A DNA stretch of 64,000 nucleotides from Candidatus Azobacteroides sp. (GTDB taxonomy: Bacteria; Bacteroidota; Bacteroidia; Bacteroidales; WRGA01), in NCBI GenBank assembly GCA_009787405.1, contig WRGA01000120.1, positions 1,165 through 65,164 on the forward strand, in the 5' to 3' direction. The stretch's first letter is position 1; each line of letters starts with the position of its first letter. The position numbers and the translations under genes are program-made. Below the pieces are notes generated by a model. That model was not told the DNA's origin, did no database searches, and saw only the letters and a list, made by a program, of their open reading frames with translations. This document shows positions 1 through 9,965 of the stretch, one piece after another.

Positions 1-2
1 CT

Positions 3-1232
3 TTAAAAATCTGCAAAGTCATGGATCAAGCCATGAAAATGGGAGCGCCTGTCATCGGAATCAATGATTCGGGAGGTGCACGGATTCAGGAAGGAATTAA
101 TGCGCTGGCCGGGTATGCCGAAATTTTTCAACGTAATGTTCTTGCTTCGGGTGTCATTCCCCAAATTTCGGGAATTTTCGGGCCTTGCGCCGGCGGCTCG
201 GTTTATTCTCCCGCTCTCACCGATTTCAACATCATGACCAAAGGTACAAGTTACATGTTTTTGACCGGGCCGAAAGTCGTAAAATCCGTGTTGGGTGAAG
301 ATGTTTCCCAAGAACAATTGGGGGGTGCGAGCATTCATGCTTCCAAATCGGGAGTCGCTCATTTTGCCACGGATAGCGAAGAAGAAGGATTGATGTTGAT
401 TCGCAAACTGCTTGGGTTCATGCCTCAGAATTGTCTGGAAGAAGCTCCTCTTCTTGCCTGTAAAGATCCGTTCGACCGGTTGGAAGATTCGTTGAATGAC
501 ATTATTCCCGACCAGCCCAATAAAGCATACGACATGTACGAAGTGATCGGCGCCATCGTCGATAACGGAGAATTTTTGGAAGTTCATAAAGATTATGCGG
601 CGAACATCATCGTCGGATTTACCCGTTTCAACGGAATATCAGTCGGGTTGGTCGCTAATCAGCCGAAAGTGCTGGCCGGAGTTCTCGACAGCAATTCTTC
701 CCGAAAAGCCGCACGGTTCATCCGTTTTTGCGATGCTTTCAATATTCCGATCGTTACGCTGGTGGATGTACCCGGATTCTTGCCCGGAACGCAACAGGAA
801 TACGGCGGGGTCATTCTGCACGGAGCCAAATTGTTATATGCTTACGGAGAAGCCACCGTTCCCAAAGTAACGGTTACTTTGAGAAAATCATACGGAGGCG
901 CCTATTGCGTGATGAGTTCCAAACATTTGCGCGGAGACATCAATTATGCATGGCCTTCGGCCGAAATCGCAGTGATGGGGCCGGCCGGCGCCATTGAGGT
1001 GCTGTTCGGAAAAGAAATGGCTGCTTCGAGCGATCCGGTGGCTTTCGCGGCGGAAAAAGAAAGCGAATACAAGGAAAAATTCGCCAATCCGTACAATGCA
1101 GCCAAATACGGGTATATCGACGATGTTATCGAACCGCGCAACACGCGCTTTCGCATCATCAGGGCTTTGCAGCAGTTGGCAACCAAAAAATTGACCAATC
1201 CTCCCAAAAAACATGATAATTTACCTTTATAA
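3..1232 (+). CDS. mmdA: Acyl-CoA carboxyltransferase = methylmalonyl-CoA decarboxylase alpha subunit (5' end cut by window edge)
   Basis: Frame is open from nt 3. Motifs [18 protein letters not shown] and [13 protein letters not shown] are typical of the carboxyltransferase (PccB/MmdA) family. Followed by OadG-like, biotin-carrier and Na+-pump beta genes. Confidence 0.9.
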   Translation, partial: LKICKVMDQAMKMGAPVIGINDSGGARIQEGINALAGYAEIFQRNVLASGVIPQISGIFGPCAGGSVYSPALTDFNIMTKGTSYMFLTGPKVVKSVLGEDVSQEQLGGASIHASKSGVAHFATDSEEEGLMLIRKLLGFMPQNCLEEAPLLACKDPFDRLEDSLNDIIPDQPNKAYDMYEVIGAIVDNGEFLEVHKDYAANIIVGFTRFNGISVGLVANQPKVLAGVLDSNSSRKAARFIRFCDAFNIPIVTLVDVPGFLPGTQQEYGGVILHGAKLLYAYGEATVPKVTVTLRKSYGGAYCVMSSKHLRGDINYAWPSAEIAVMGPAGAIEVLFGKEMAASSDPVAFAAEKESEYKEKFANPYNAAKYGYIDDVIEPRNTRFRIIRALQQLATKKLTNPPKKHDNLPL

Positions 1233-1259
1233 GAAAATAAGTAAGTTTAACTTTTACAA

Positions 1260-2165
1260 ATGATAATGGAAAAATATATGAATAAGAGGTATTTGTCATT
1301 GATCGGAATGTTGATTTTGCTTGTGACGGGAATCCGGGCGCAAACGACATCGGATTTGCGGTTGAATGAACTGCTGCCTTTGAATGTCGATAATTATGAA
1401 GATGATTTCGGTATACGAAGCGCTTGGATCGAGATATTTAATACGTCGTACAGTACCGTCGATATCGGCGGCTGTTTTTTGACCAATGACATTAAAGAAC
1501 CGACCAAATATCGGATTCCGAAAGGGGATGTTTTGACGAAAATAAAACCTCGTCAACATGTTTTGTTTTGGGCTGACAATAAGCCCGTTCACGGCACGTT
1601 TCACGTGAATTTCACATTGAGTGAATCTAATTTCGTCGCATTGTTTGCCTCAGACGGAAAAACATTGATCGACAGTATCAGATTTCCCGAACCGGTTGCG
1701 GATGTTTCTTACGGACGATTGACTGACGGAGGAAAAAAATGGGCTTCTTTGGACAGAACAACTCCAAATTCCACCAATACCATCGTCGAGCCGGAAACTG
1801 AAAATAATAAGTTGTTGGAAAAAGATCCGATCGGTATCGTCATGTCCGTGACAGCCATGTCGGTGGTATTTATAGCGTTGGCGCTTTTGTTTCTCATTTT
1901 CAAAATCATCGGAAAAAATGCCATCGTGATCAATCATAAACGGGCTGTGAGAGCCGCAGTAAAACAAGAGAAATATAATAAACCGCCGATTATGGCTTCC
2001 GGACAGGAATCGGGTGAAATTTGCGCCGCCATTGTTTTCGCCATCGATGATTATCTGAAAGATGAGCATGATATCGAAAACACCATTTTGACGATTACCA
2101 AAGTTGCCCGCACCTATTCTCCGTGGAGTTCGAAGATTTATAATTTGAGACAATTCCCGCGATGA
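1260..2165 (+). CDS. Exported lamin-tail-domain (LTD)-like protein fused to an OadG-like single-TM anchor (small decarboxylase subunit position)
   Basis: N-terminal signal-like segment. LRLNELLP...AWIEIFNTS...GGCFLTND resembles LTD. One TM (VMSVTAMSVVFIALALLFLIF) followed by a short tail, as in OadG/MmdD-type subunits. Sits between the alpha and biotin-carrier genes. Confidence 0.6.
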   Translation: MIMEKYMNKRYLSLIGMLILLVTGIRAQTTSDLRLNELLPLNVDNYEDDFGIRSAWIEIFNTSYSTVDIGGCFLTNDIKEPTKYRIPKGDVLTKIKPRQHVLFWADNKPVHGTFHVNFTLSESNFVALFASDGKTLIDSIRFPEPVADVSYGRLTDGGKKWASLDRTTPNSTNTIVEPETENNKLLEKDPIGIVMSVTAMSVVFIALALLFLIFKIIGKNAIVINHKRAVRAAVKQEKYNKPPIMASGQESGEICAAIVFAIDDYLKDEHDIENTILTITKVARTYSPWSSKIYNLRQFPR

Positions 2166-2199
2166 AATTTTACAAATCAACTCATTTACGATTTTTATT

Positions 2200-2658
2200 A
2201 TGAAAGATTATAGAATTAAAATAAACGGTAATTTTTATCATGTTCATATCAACGACATTGATGAATACACTGCAACCGTGGAAGTAAACGGAACGCCTTA
2301 CCGTGTTCAGCTGGAAGGTGAAATTCAAAAAACAGCCGCCGCCAAAAAACCGGTGAGCGCAATTCCCAAAGCGCAGGCGAATAATCCTGCCATAACAATT
2401 GCGGCCCCGTCCGCTCCGGTTTCGAAACCGGCAATGCCGTCTCACGGTTCTTCCATTAAAGCGCCGCTTCCGGGTGTTGTCCTCGAAATTATTGTCAAAC
2501 CCGGCGATGTGGTCAAACCGGGACAAAAATTATTGACATTGGAAGCCATGAAAATGGAAAACAACATTTTGGCCGACAGAGACGGTACGGTAAGCGAAAT
2601 CAAAATAACTCAAGGACAGTCCGTGTTGGAAGGAACCGACTTAATCATTATCGAATAA
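2200..2658 (+). CDS. mmdC: Biotin carboxyl carrier subunit of the decarboxylase
   Basis: C-terminal biotinyl domain with the EAMKMEN biotinylation motif; Ala/Pro-rich linker; operon context. Confidence 0.85.
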   Translation: MKDYRIKINGNFYHVHINDIDEYTATVEVNGTPYRVQLEGEIQKTAAAKKPVSAIPKAQANNPAITIAAPSAPVSKPAMPSHGSSIKAPLPGVVLEIIVKPGDVVKPGQKLLTLEAMKMENNILADRDGTVSEIKITQGQSVLEGTDLIIIE

Positions 2659-2659
2659 C

Positions 2660-3814
2660 ATGAACGAATCATTGTCTTTTTTAACGGAAAATTTAGGCGA
2701 GTTTTTCAAGTATACCGGAATAGCCAATGTCACTTTCGGTCATATCGTCATGATTTGTGTCGGTCTTATTTTTATCACGCTGGCTATCGTGAAAGAATGG
2801 GAACCGATGTTGCTTGTGCCCATCGGCTTCGGTATTCTCATCGGAAACATTCCGTTTTTCTCGGGATTACAAGTGGGAATCTATGAAGAAGGTTCTGTAC
2901 TGAATATTTTATATTCGGGAGTGAGAAACGGTTGGTATCCTCCGCTGATCTTTTTGGGTATCGGGGCCATGACCGACTTTTCATCCCTTGTTTCCAATCC
3001 CAAACTGTTATTGATCGGAGCCGCCGCTCAATTGGGAATTTTCGGGGCTTATATGTTATCCTTGCTGTTGGGGTTTGCTCCCAACGAAGCCGCTTCCATC
3101 GGAATCATCGGTGGCGCTGATGGCCCTACGGCCATTTTCCTGGCTTCCAGACTGGCTCCGGACATCTTGGGTGCGGTTGCTATTTCGGCTTATTCTTATA
3201 TGGCATTGGTGCCGTTGATTCAACCGCCGATCATGAAATTGTTCACCACCCGGAAAGAACGGTTGATTCGGATGAAGCCTCCGCGTGCTGTTTCTCAAAC
3301 CGAAAAAATATTATTCCCTATTGTCGGATTTTTACTGACTTGTTTCATCGTTCCTTCGGGATTGCCGTTGTTGGGGATGTTATTTTTCGGAAACTTGTTG
3401 AAAGAAAGCGGGGTGACACGTCGTTTGGCCGAAACCGCCCGCGGGCCGATGATCGATATCGTAACGATCTTGATCGGGGTTACGGTAGGAGCATCAACTC
3501 AAGCGACCACTTTCTTAGTCTCCGAATCGGTAAAAATATTCGCCATCGGAGCATTCTCATTCATTATTGCTACCGCTGCGGGTGTATTATTTGTGAAAGT
3601 TTTGAATTTATTCCTGAAAAAAGGGAACAAAATCAATCCGTTGATCGGTAATGCCGGGGTATCGGCCGTGCCGGATTCGGCACGTGTCTCGCAAATCATC
3701 GGACAACAATACGATCCGTCCAACCATTTATTGATGCACGCCATGGGCCCCAATGTTGCAGGGGTTATCGGAAGTGCTGTGGCAGCAGGGATTTTGTTGG
3801 GATTCTTGTCGTAA
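2660..3814 (+). CDS. mmdB: Na+-translocating decarboxylase beta subunit (OadB/MmdB family)
   Basis: 384-aa polytopic membrane protein. IGGADGPTAIF and GIGAMTDFSSL motifs are typical of OadB/MmdB. Starts 1 nt after the carrier stop. Confidence 0.9.
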   Translation: MNESLSFLTENLGEFFKYTGIANVTFGHIVMICVGLIFITLAIVKEWEPMLLVPIGFGILIGNIPFFSGLQVGIYEEGSVLNILYSGVRNGWYPPLIFLGIGAMTDFSSLVSNPKLLLIGAAAQLGIFGAYMLSLLLGFAPNEAASIGIIGGADGPTAIFLASRLAPDILGAVAISAYSYMALVPLIQPPIMKLFTTRKERLIRMKPPRAVSQTEKILFPIVGFLLTCFIVPSGLPLLGMLFFGNLLKESGVTRRLAETARGPMIDIVTILIGVTVGASTQATTFLVSESVKIFAIGAFSFIIATAAGVLFVKVLNLFLKKGNKINPLIGNAGVSAVPDSARVSQIIGQQYDPSNHLLMHAMGPNVAGVIGSAVAAGILLGFLS

Positions 3815-3876
3815 AGAGTTAAGAATTAGGAGTTAAGAGTTAAGAGTTTTTAACTTTACGGAAAGGCATATCATAC

Positions 3877-3927
3877 AATTCACGGCAGCCGTGATCACTT
3901 TTGCTGATCATGGTTGCCGTGTGAATT
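3877..3927. terminator. Imperfect long hairpin after the mmd operon
   Basis: aattcacggcagccgtgatca / tgatcatggttgccgtgtgaatt inverted repeat with loop cttttgc, about 60 nt after the mmdB stop. Confidence 0.4.
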
Positions 3928-4055
3928 ATTATCGTTGTCTGATACGGAAATATGGTAAATTGAGCGCTGAAATAGAAGCGCGAACCAACCGGCCATCGAA
4001 TTATCCATCATAAACGAAAAAGAACCGGCTCACTCATAAAAGTTGCTTTCTAATA

Positions 4056-4626
4056 TCAATTATCGGTGTCGTCAAGAACATTAGCGAATTTCTGCCATTG
4101 ACTTGCCGATTTATAAGCGCATTCATACCCTGCCGGAACATATACCGTACACGTCGTTTTATTTATGCCTTTAAAACAATTCTCGCCTGCTGTTGGCGGT
4201 GTCGGGTTTTGACTTGTGATTATTGTCAATCTGTTGCACCCCTGAAACGCTTCGCTTTCTATTTCCGTAACACTTGTTCGGGATTTTTATCTCCTGCAAA
4301 CTTGTGCATTTATCAAATGCCCGTCTTCCGATTATCTTAAGGTAATTGTTATAAAATGTTACAGAAACAAGATTACTGCAATCCTTAAATGCCCGATTCC
4401 CGATATTTCCTACATTAACGATGTAAACATTTTTTATAGAAGTATGATAACCCTCTAATTTCCATGGTGCTTCACCTTCGGCCGGATCCCCAAAATCTAC
4501 CATTTTACTGCCTCCTGCTGCAGATGCTATGTCCAATTCGCCGTCGCTGTATAGTGTTGCGGTAACATTTGAATTATAACCGGGATTGCCGATATTCCAC
4601 TCTTTTACTATTGTTAAGTTAATCAT
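4056..4626 (-). pseudogene. BspA-like leucine-rich-repeat (LRR_5-type) protein, frameshifted
   Basis: ORF 4171..4626 has the family N-terminus and repeats (NIGNRAFKDCSNLVSVTF, IGRRAFDKCTSLQEIKIP). After about nt 4275 the expected continuation (SVTEIESEAFQGCNRLTIITSQNPTPP...CTVYVPAGYECAYKSASQWQKFANV, stop 4056-4058) is in another frame. Confidence 0.7.
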
Positions 4627-4872
4627 GAATTGATATTACATAATGCTTATTATCAAGGATATAATAACTATTATATATGCCATTTCAATATAAATATAAC
4701 ACTACTGCTTACCTCATTGTTTTGTCTGTAAAAGTACAAAGAACAAGCAGCCATACCGAACAATAAAAAATAACCCTTACTTATCAGGCTTTTCAGACTT
4801 GCCTCGTTTTTGAACCGGGTTTCGAGTTTCGGTACACTGTTTAAATTTCTGTTTTGTTGCATAATTTTAAAA

Positions 4873-5157
4873 ATGATTATCGGATGTTATGCCCGGCTCT
4901 CCCCGCAAGTGGGGCATAAAATGTAATATTCGTTTTTTAAAAATTATGTTCTAAAAAATGTTGTTTTCCGTCCCGTCAGGGACAACATATCGGTAGAAAA
5001 GAGAATTTCTCCGATGGACAGGGAGTGAAGAGCCGGTGTTTTTCTACCGATATAACATCCCCCCTGACGGGACAAAAAAGAACGAATATTTTTTGAAACA
5101 CGGACCCATTTTGACATTCCACCCACGGGGATAGCCGGGTTAGCATCCGATAATCAT
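4873..5157. repeat. Foldback MITE-like element, family 1, copy A (short form)
   Basis: About 25-nt terminal inverted repeats (atgattatcggatgttatgcccggct / agccgggttagcatccgataatcat) and internal gtcccgtcagggac-type palindromes. Homologous to 10923-11264 and 21236-21544, which are in the opposite orientation. Confidence 0.85.
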
Positions 5158-5181
5158 TAAACCTTATTTCCCGAAAGTCCG

Positions 5182-5527
5182 GATCTTCCTCACTTTAACT
5201 CTTTCATGATTGTAACGGTTGACAAAACACGAATTGAATGTATAAATACACTTTTTGAGAGTATCGATCTTCCTCATTTTATCCTTTATGATCATTACTG
5301 TTTATAAAACACGAATTGAATGTATTAAATACACATTTTAAGAGTGTCTATCTTTCTCATTTTATCCTTTATGATCATTACTGTTTATAAAACACGAATT
5401 GAATGTATTAAATACACATTTTAAGAGTGTCTATCTTTCTCATTTTACTCTTCATCATTAATTACTGCTTATAAAACACGAATTGAATGTATTAAAAATA
5501 CACATTTTAAGAGTGTATATCTTTTTT
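5182..5527. repeat. Tandem array, about 83-bp unit x about 4.2 copies
   Basis: The anchor acacgaatt recurs at 5227, 5309, 5392 and 5476. Copies 2 and 3 are near-identical. Each unit contains the imperfect palindrome aatgtattaaatacacatt. Confidence 0.9.
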
Positions 5528-5831
5528 ATACTCTTAAAGTGAGTATTTATTTTAATCTTAATGGTTTAAATTCAATATTTGCCACTCTATATATCCTTAT
5601 TTTATAAAAAATGTCTTTACTAGGTTTATTACTCATCCTACTTTTGTCTCCGAATTCGAAGTACTAATCTCAAAACGTGTTATTTGTATTCCGTCCCTTA
5701 TATTCCGGGTGTCAAATTCATATTGAAACCCGTCCGGATTGATGAATCGGGAAAGGGCTATTTTTTTAACAAGTTTTTCTTGGCAAATTATAAAAACAAT
5801 TATAAAAACAATTACTAAAAACGTAAACGTA

Positions 5832-8800
5832 ATGAAACCCGAAAAATTGAACAAAAAAACAGCTTTTATGCCCAAGTGGAAACATAAAGGACAAAGTGAC
5901 GCTTTTTCTCTTGCTTTTATGAAGCTCGGAATGATTTTGATGCTATGTGTCATGGGATTAAATGTCTCGGCACAAACCGATGCTGCCGAAACGGTAACCT
6001 TAGCCAATTCGGGAACTGAATTCTATGTGGCATTCGGAAAAAATCACAAGGAGTCGACGATCAATGCTGCGGGCGATAATGTGGTATTGGTATTGCGGAT
6101 AATCAGTCAGGCAGATACAGAGGTAACGTTGTCATTTACGGAAAACCCGCTCCTTAATATCACTATTCCCGTTCCCGGCGGAACAATCTATGACTACACA
6201 TTGACACCGGCGCAGGCGGACGCTTCTTATTCGGGATATATGACTTATTCCCAAAGGGCAAAGAAATCCATCCGGGTAACCGCTACCGAACCGATCACTT
6301 TGGTCATGATGAACAGCGCTCATGCTTCGGTAGAAACCACTCTTGTTTGGCCGGTAGAAAACTGGGGAACGGAATATTATAATATCGGTCTTGCACCATA
6401 TTATTACAGCGGAGACGTAAACAATTGCAACGGATATCTGCTGATTGCCAAAGAAAACGGCACTACAGTTTCAGGCACTGTGAATGACATTCTGAATATG
6501 GATGCAGGGGAAGTGTATCATTTCTACGACGGCAACACGAATACGAATACGACGGGAACGCATATTGTATCCGACAAACCGATTGCTTTTTATCAAACCA
6601 ATACACAAGCCGCAGTTCGTACCTCAGGCTCAACTCCGGTTGATTATTATAATTATAACTTGGAACAATTGCCGCCGGTTAACCAGTGGGGAACGAAATT
6701 CATAGCGCCGGCCAATGACGTCAGTTCGAATGACGGGATCTTCTATGCCGGTTTTTTCCGGGTGTATGCCAAAGAAAATAATACCCTCGTTACGGCCGAA
6801 TTCGCAAATGGAACAACGAAAACCTATACCATCAACAATTCGAATGCTAGGAACAGGTATGTAGATATCATACTTGACATTAAAAATGTCAATAATCTTG
6901 AGAATAACACAGGCAGTAAAGCTTGTTACATCACCTCGGATAAACCGGTGGGTATTTGCAGCATTCATACATCCTGGGAGGTAGGCAGGGAGTATTCGCA
7001 ACCCGCAATAGCGTGGCTGCCTCCGTTGGAACAGAAGACGTATAATGTGCTGATGAGTCCGCTTGATTTTAACAGCGAACATGTGTATATTAAGATGTCT
7101 CACTTCTTCACGGTTATTGTGCCTACCGCAAGCAAGGACAATACGACTGTTTCCCTTAACGGAGGCTCTGCTCAACCGGTGGGAAATTTATCCCAATTTA
7201 CATGGATGGAACATAATATCGGAGGCAGCGGCTACTCTGCCGGACGGTATTATTTCGGTGATAGCAATAACCCCAATTGCGGTTCGGACTGTTACTTGAA
7301 TACAATCGCCTTGGTTAGTAATCCCGACGGTTTGATTATGTTGGCTTACGGACAAGGGAGCTATACCAAATATTTCTACAGTGCAGGTTCCGCATCCCGA
7401 GATTTGGCGGCAAGTTTCACCGTCAACGGTGAAACTTATTACGAAATGGACGGAAAAACCTATTGCAACACTTCCGATTTTACTTTTGCAGCCGACAGTC
7501 AGGATCCGAATGCACTGAATACTATTGTTTGGACGCTGAACGAAGTGGAAATACCGGGTTCCGGCAATCAAAAAACAGTCACCGTAAACAACTTACCGGA
7601 TGGTTATTACACCGTCAAGATGTTAGTCAACAATAAAACTTATACCACTCATTTCTATGCAGGCGGAAGCCCTGTCATCTGGACGCCCGAAGCCAACAGC
7701 GACAGCGATAAGAATAACTGGAATAATGCCGCCAACTGGACGCCGGCTTTGGTTCCTTCGTCCTGTCACAATGTGTTTATTCCCGGCAACAGCACGCATT
7801 ATCCTTTGCTGACAAGCCGGGCGGAGTGTCGCGACATTTATTTCATGCAGGGCGGCGAACTGGGACGTCCCGACTTTTTGACTTACGAAAAAGCGCGTGT
7901 ACAATACAATTTCGGACTCCTGCTGTCGCAACAGACAACCGCGAACGATAATAAAGACTTTGTGACCGGAAGCGGTTCCACGGCCGACCGGATGCTTTAT
8001 TCCGCCGCCGTTTCCGCTCCGTTGGGCAGAGAACGGTGGTATGCGTTTTCCGCCCCGTTACGTGGAATTGTAACCGGAGATTTGAGTTTCGGCGGATTTC
8101 CGCTCACGTTCATGAAAAAATTCGGACCGGCTTCGAAAGATGACGTTCAGTATCCCGTAGGAGAATGGACGACTCCTTATACAAGTCTGACGGAAACATT
8201 TTCCCCCACCGAAGGATTCGGATTCTATATGTACGGTTACAGTGAAATGTATGATGATACAGGCTGCCTCGAATACGGATTATTCAACGATCTGAATGAC
8301 CTGGATTATCTTTCTCCGGGCAAAAGCGGACGTTCTTACGGAATTAAACAAACAAACGGCGTGCTCGAACTGCCCTTCTTTGCCGATCCGTCGGGCATGG
8401 ATGCGCACCGCACGCAGGAATATGACGGAACAACCCGGAAAAGTACGTTTTATTACATTTCCGACGGTTCGATCGGCCCGGTCAACTCCTTTACGGGAAG
8501 ATCGACAACCGTCGACCGGGAAGACAATAACGGCAACTACCGGTTTATTGCCGAAAAATATGTTTCCGGTAGCTGGAACTTCCAAAATCCCATACATCAT
8601 GACATTACCGGATTGAACATCGGAGACGAGTTTCTGGTCGGAAATCCCTACATGTCGTCGATTGACATGGCCGCATTCTGCCTGGAAAATGCAGCATCGG
8701 TCGAGCCGGAGTTTCATATCTGGAACGGAGTTTCCTTTGATACCTACGGGGTAAACACAACAACAGGCGTCGTTACGCCGACCGTTCCGGGCGGTTCGCC

Positions 8801-9608
8801 TTATGTGGCTCCGTTACAGGGCTTTTTCCTGACATACAAAGGCGGTGACGTTCTTTTTGACGTGGAAAAAATCTCAACCGTCCGTCCGACCGGTTCCCCC
8901 TCTAATTTGAGGAACGCGAAAGAAACGGGAGAAGAAAACATTTTACGGATCAAAGCCGAAAACGATCTCGCAACTTCTTATGCGCTGGTCGGATACCGGG
9001 AAGGAGCAGACAACGGATTTATCCGCGGGAAAGATGTGCAAAAATTGTTTTCACCCTACGACTATGTGCCTGAAGTATACACACTGGCGGGAAAAATACC
9101 GGCGGACATCAATTTCATCAACGACGACGACGACGTTATCGTTCCTCTGGGCATAAAAACGGAACAGACCGGAGAAATCCGTCTGACTTTCACCGGCATG
9201 GACAACTATAACCGGGCATCCGAGATTGTATTGATAGATATGTTGTTAAACAAAGAGATTGATTTAAGCGGACTGCCAAGTTATGTTTATTCATTTGAAA
9301 ATAAAACGACCGGAATACAAAATGACAGATTTCTCATCCGTTTCCGGAGCAATATGGCCTCTCTGTCTTCGGTGGAAGGAGACGAATGTATACAAATTTA
9401 CTCGAATTTATCGGGTATCCTGATTAATGCGTCGACATCCGATCCGATCATGGAAGTACAGGTCTGTGACCTTCAAGGCAGAATATTGTATGAAAAAACA
9501 TTTGCGGGGATCACGACCTGCCAAATACCCGGCAATTTTGATGCAGGTTGTGTGATTGTCCGTGTGGAAACCAAAGACCGGGTGAAAAGCGAAAAAGTGA
9601 TCCGGTAA
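5832..9608 (+). CDS. Large secreted/surface protein with a T9SS C-terminal sorting domain
   Basis: Long ORF with signal-like MKLGMILMLCVMGLNVSAQ; alternative start at 5919; the track start 5739 is TTG. C-terminal about 80 aa (VQVCDLQGRILYEK...VIVRVETKDRVKSEKVIR) resembles T9SS CTDs. The N-terminal GTEFYVAFGKN region resembles the IgGFc-binding-type beta-rich domain (weak call). Confidence 0.75.
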   Translation: MKPEKLNKKTAFMPKWKHKGQSDAFSLAFMKLGMILMLCVMGLNVSAQTDAAETVTLANSGTEFYVAFGKNHKESTINAAGDNVVLVLRIISQADTEVTLSFTENPLLNITIPVPGGTIYDYTLTPAQADASYSGYMTYSQRAKKSIRVTATEPITLVMMNSAHASVETTLVWPVENWGTEYYNIGLAPYYYSGDVNNCNGYLLIAKENGTTVSGTVNDILNMDAGEVYHFYDGNTNTNTTGTHIVSDKPIAFYQTNTQAAVRTSGSTPVDYYNYNLEQLPPVNQWGTKFIAPANDVSSNDGIFYAGFFRVYAKENNTLVTAEFANGTTKTYTINNSNARNRYVDIILDIKNVNNLENNTGSKACYITSDKPVGICSIHTSWEVGREYSQPAIAWLPPLEQKTYNVLMSPLDFNSEHVYIKMSHFFTVIVPTASKDNTTVSLNGGSAQPVGNLSQFTWMEHNIGGSGYSAGRYYFGDSNNPNCGSDCYLNTIALVSNPDGLIMLAYGQGSYTKYFYSAGSASRDLAASFTVNGETYYEMDGKTYCNTSDFTFAADSQDPNALNTIVWTLNEVEIPGSGNQKTVTVNNLPDGYYTVKMLVNNKTYTTHFYAGGSPVIWTPEANSDSDKNNWNNAANWTPALVPSSCHNVFIPGNSTHYPLLTSRAECRDIYFMQGGELGRPDFLTYEKARVQYNFGLLLSQQTTANDNKDFVTGSGSTADRMLYSAAVSAPLGRERWYAFSAPLRGIVTGDLSFGGFPLTFMKKFGPASKDDVQYPVGEWTTPYTSLTETFSPTEGFGFYMYGYSEMYDDTGCLEYGLFNDLNDLDYLSPGKSGRSYGIKQTNGVLELPFFADPSGMDAHRTQEYDGTTRKSTFYYISDGSIGPVNSFTGRSTTVDREDNNGNYRFIAEKYVSGSWNFQNPIHHDITGLNIGDEFLVGNPYMSSIDMAAFCLENAASVEPEFHIWNGVSFDTYGVNTTTGVVTPTVPGGSPYVAPLQGFFLTYKGGDVLFDVEKISTVRPTGSPSNLRNAKETGEENILRIKAENDLATSYALVGYREGADNGFIRGKDVQKLFSPYDYVPEVYTLAGKIPADINFINDDDDVIVPLGIKTEQTGEIRLTFTGMDNYNRASEIVLIDMLLNKEIDLSGLPSYVYSFENKTTGIQNDRFLIRFRSNMASLSSVEGDECIQIYSNLSGILINASTSDPIMEVQVCDLQGRILYEKTFAGITTCQIPGNFDAGCVIVRVETKDRVKSEKVIR

Positions 9609-9780
9609 AATAAAAATCAAAAAATGATTTTAAAAACAAAATTTGAGATGCAATTGTTTTTTCATAACATTATATGAATACCGATAACCCGTTGTTTCAT
9701 GTTCTGAAAGAGCAAAATTAAACAGCGCAGAGTATTGCCCTGCGGCGGAAATGACAAAAATAATCCGAAAGCCCTGAAGG

Positions 9781-9825
9781 GGTGTAATCAATTGATAATA
9801 TCATGATTACGCCCTTTTGGTTTTT
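9781..9825 (+). terminator. Intrinsic terminator-like hairpin + T-run
   Basis: ggtgtaatca (9781-9790) pairs with tgattacgcc (9804-9813), followed by cttttggttttt. Confidence 0.5.
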
Positions 9826-9965
9826 CACTTGGAAAATAATATCCTGTAAATCACCGGATTATATTTTATTTTATTTTGTGGGGTACGATCCCCCGCTGTG
9901 GCGGACGGACAACATGCCCGCTGCGACGGAGTAAAAGAAGAGTTGAAAATTACAGAGATTTGTTA

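Noticed and set aside
3-587. 194-aa minus-strand ORF at the window start
   Set aside because: It lies entirely antisense to the well-supported carboxyltransferase gene. It has no motif and is a typical shadow ORF.
4944-5126. Short ORFs inside the foldback repeats (4944..5126, 10975..11244, 21239..21544) sharing ...LSLTGRKTTF...
   Set aside because: The shared peptide is a consequence of the DNA repeat. Frames and lengths differ between copies and orientation flips, so these are not protein-coding.
5182-5527. Possible CRISPR array (also considered for 27129-27584)
   Set aside because: The entire 83-bp unit repeats with no unique spacers, and the 27-kb repeats are two hairpin elements. No cas genes are in the window.
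5633-6007. 124-aa minus ORF overlapping the 5' end of the large T9SS protein gene
   Set aside because: It overlaps the signal-peptide region of a much better supported gene, and nothing supports it independently.
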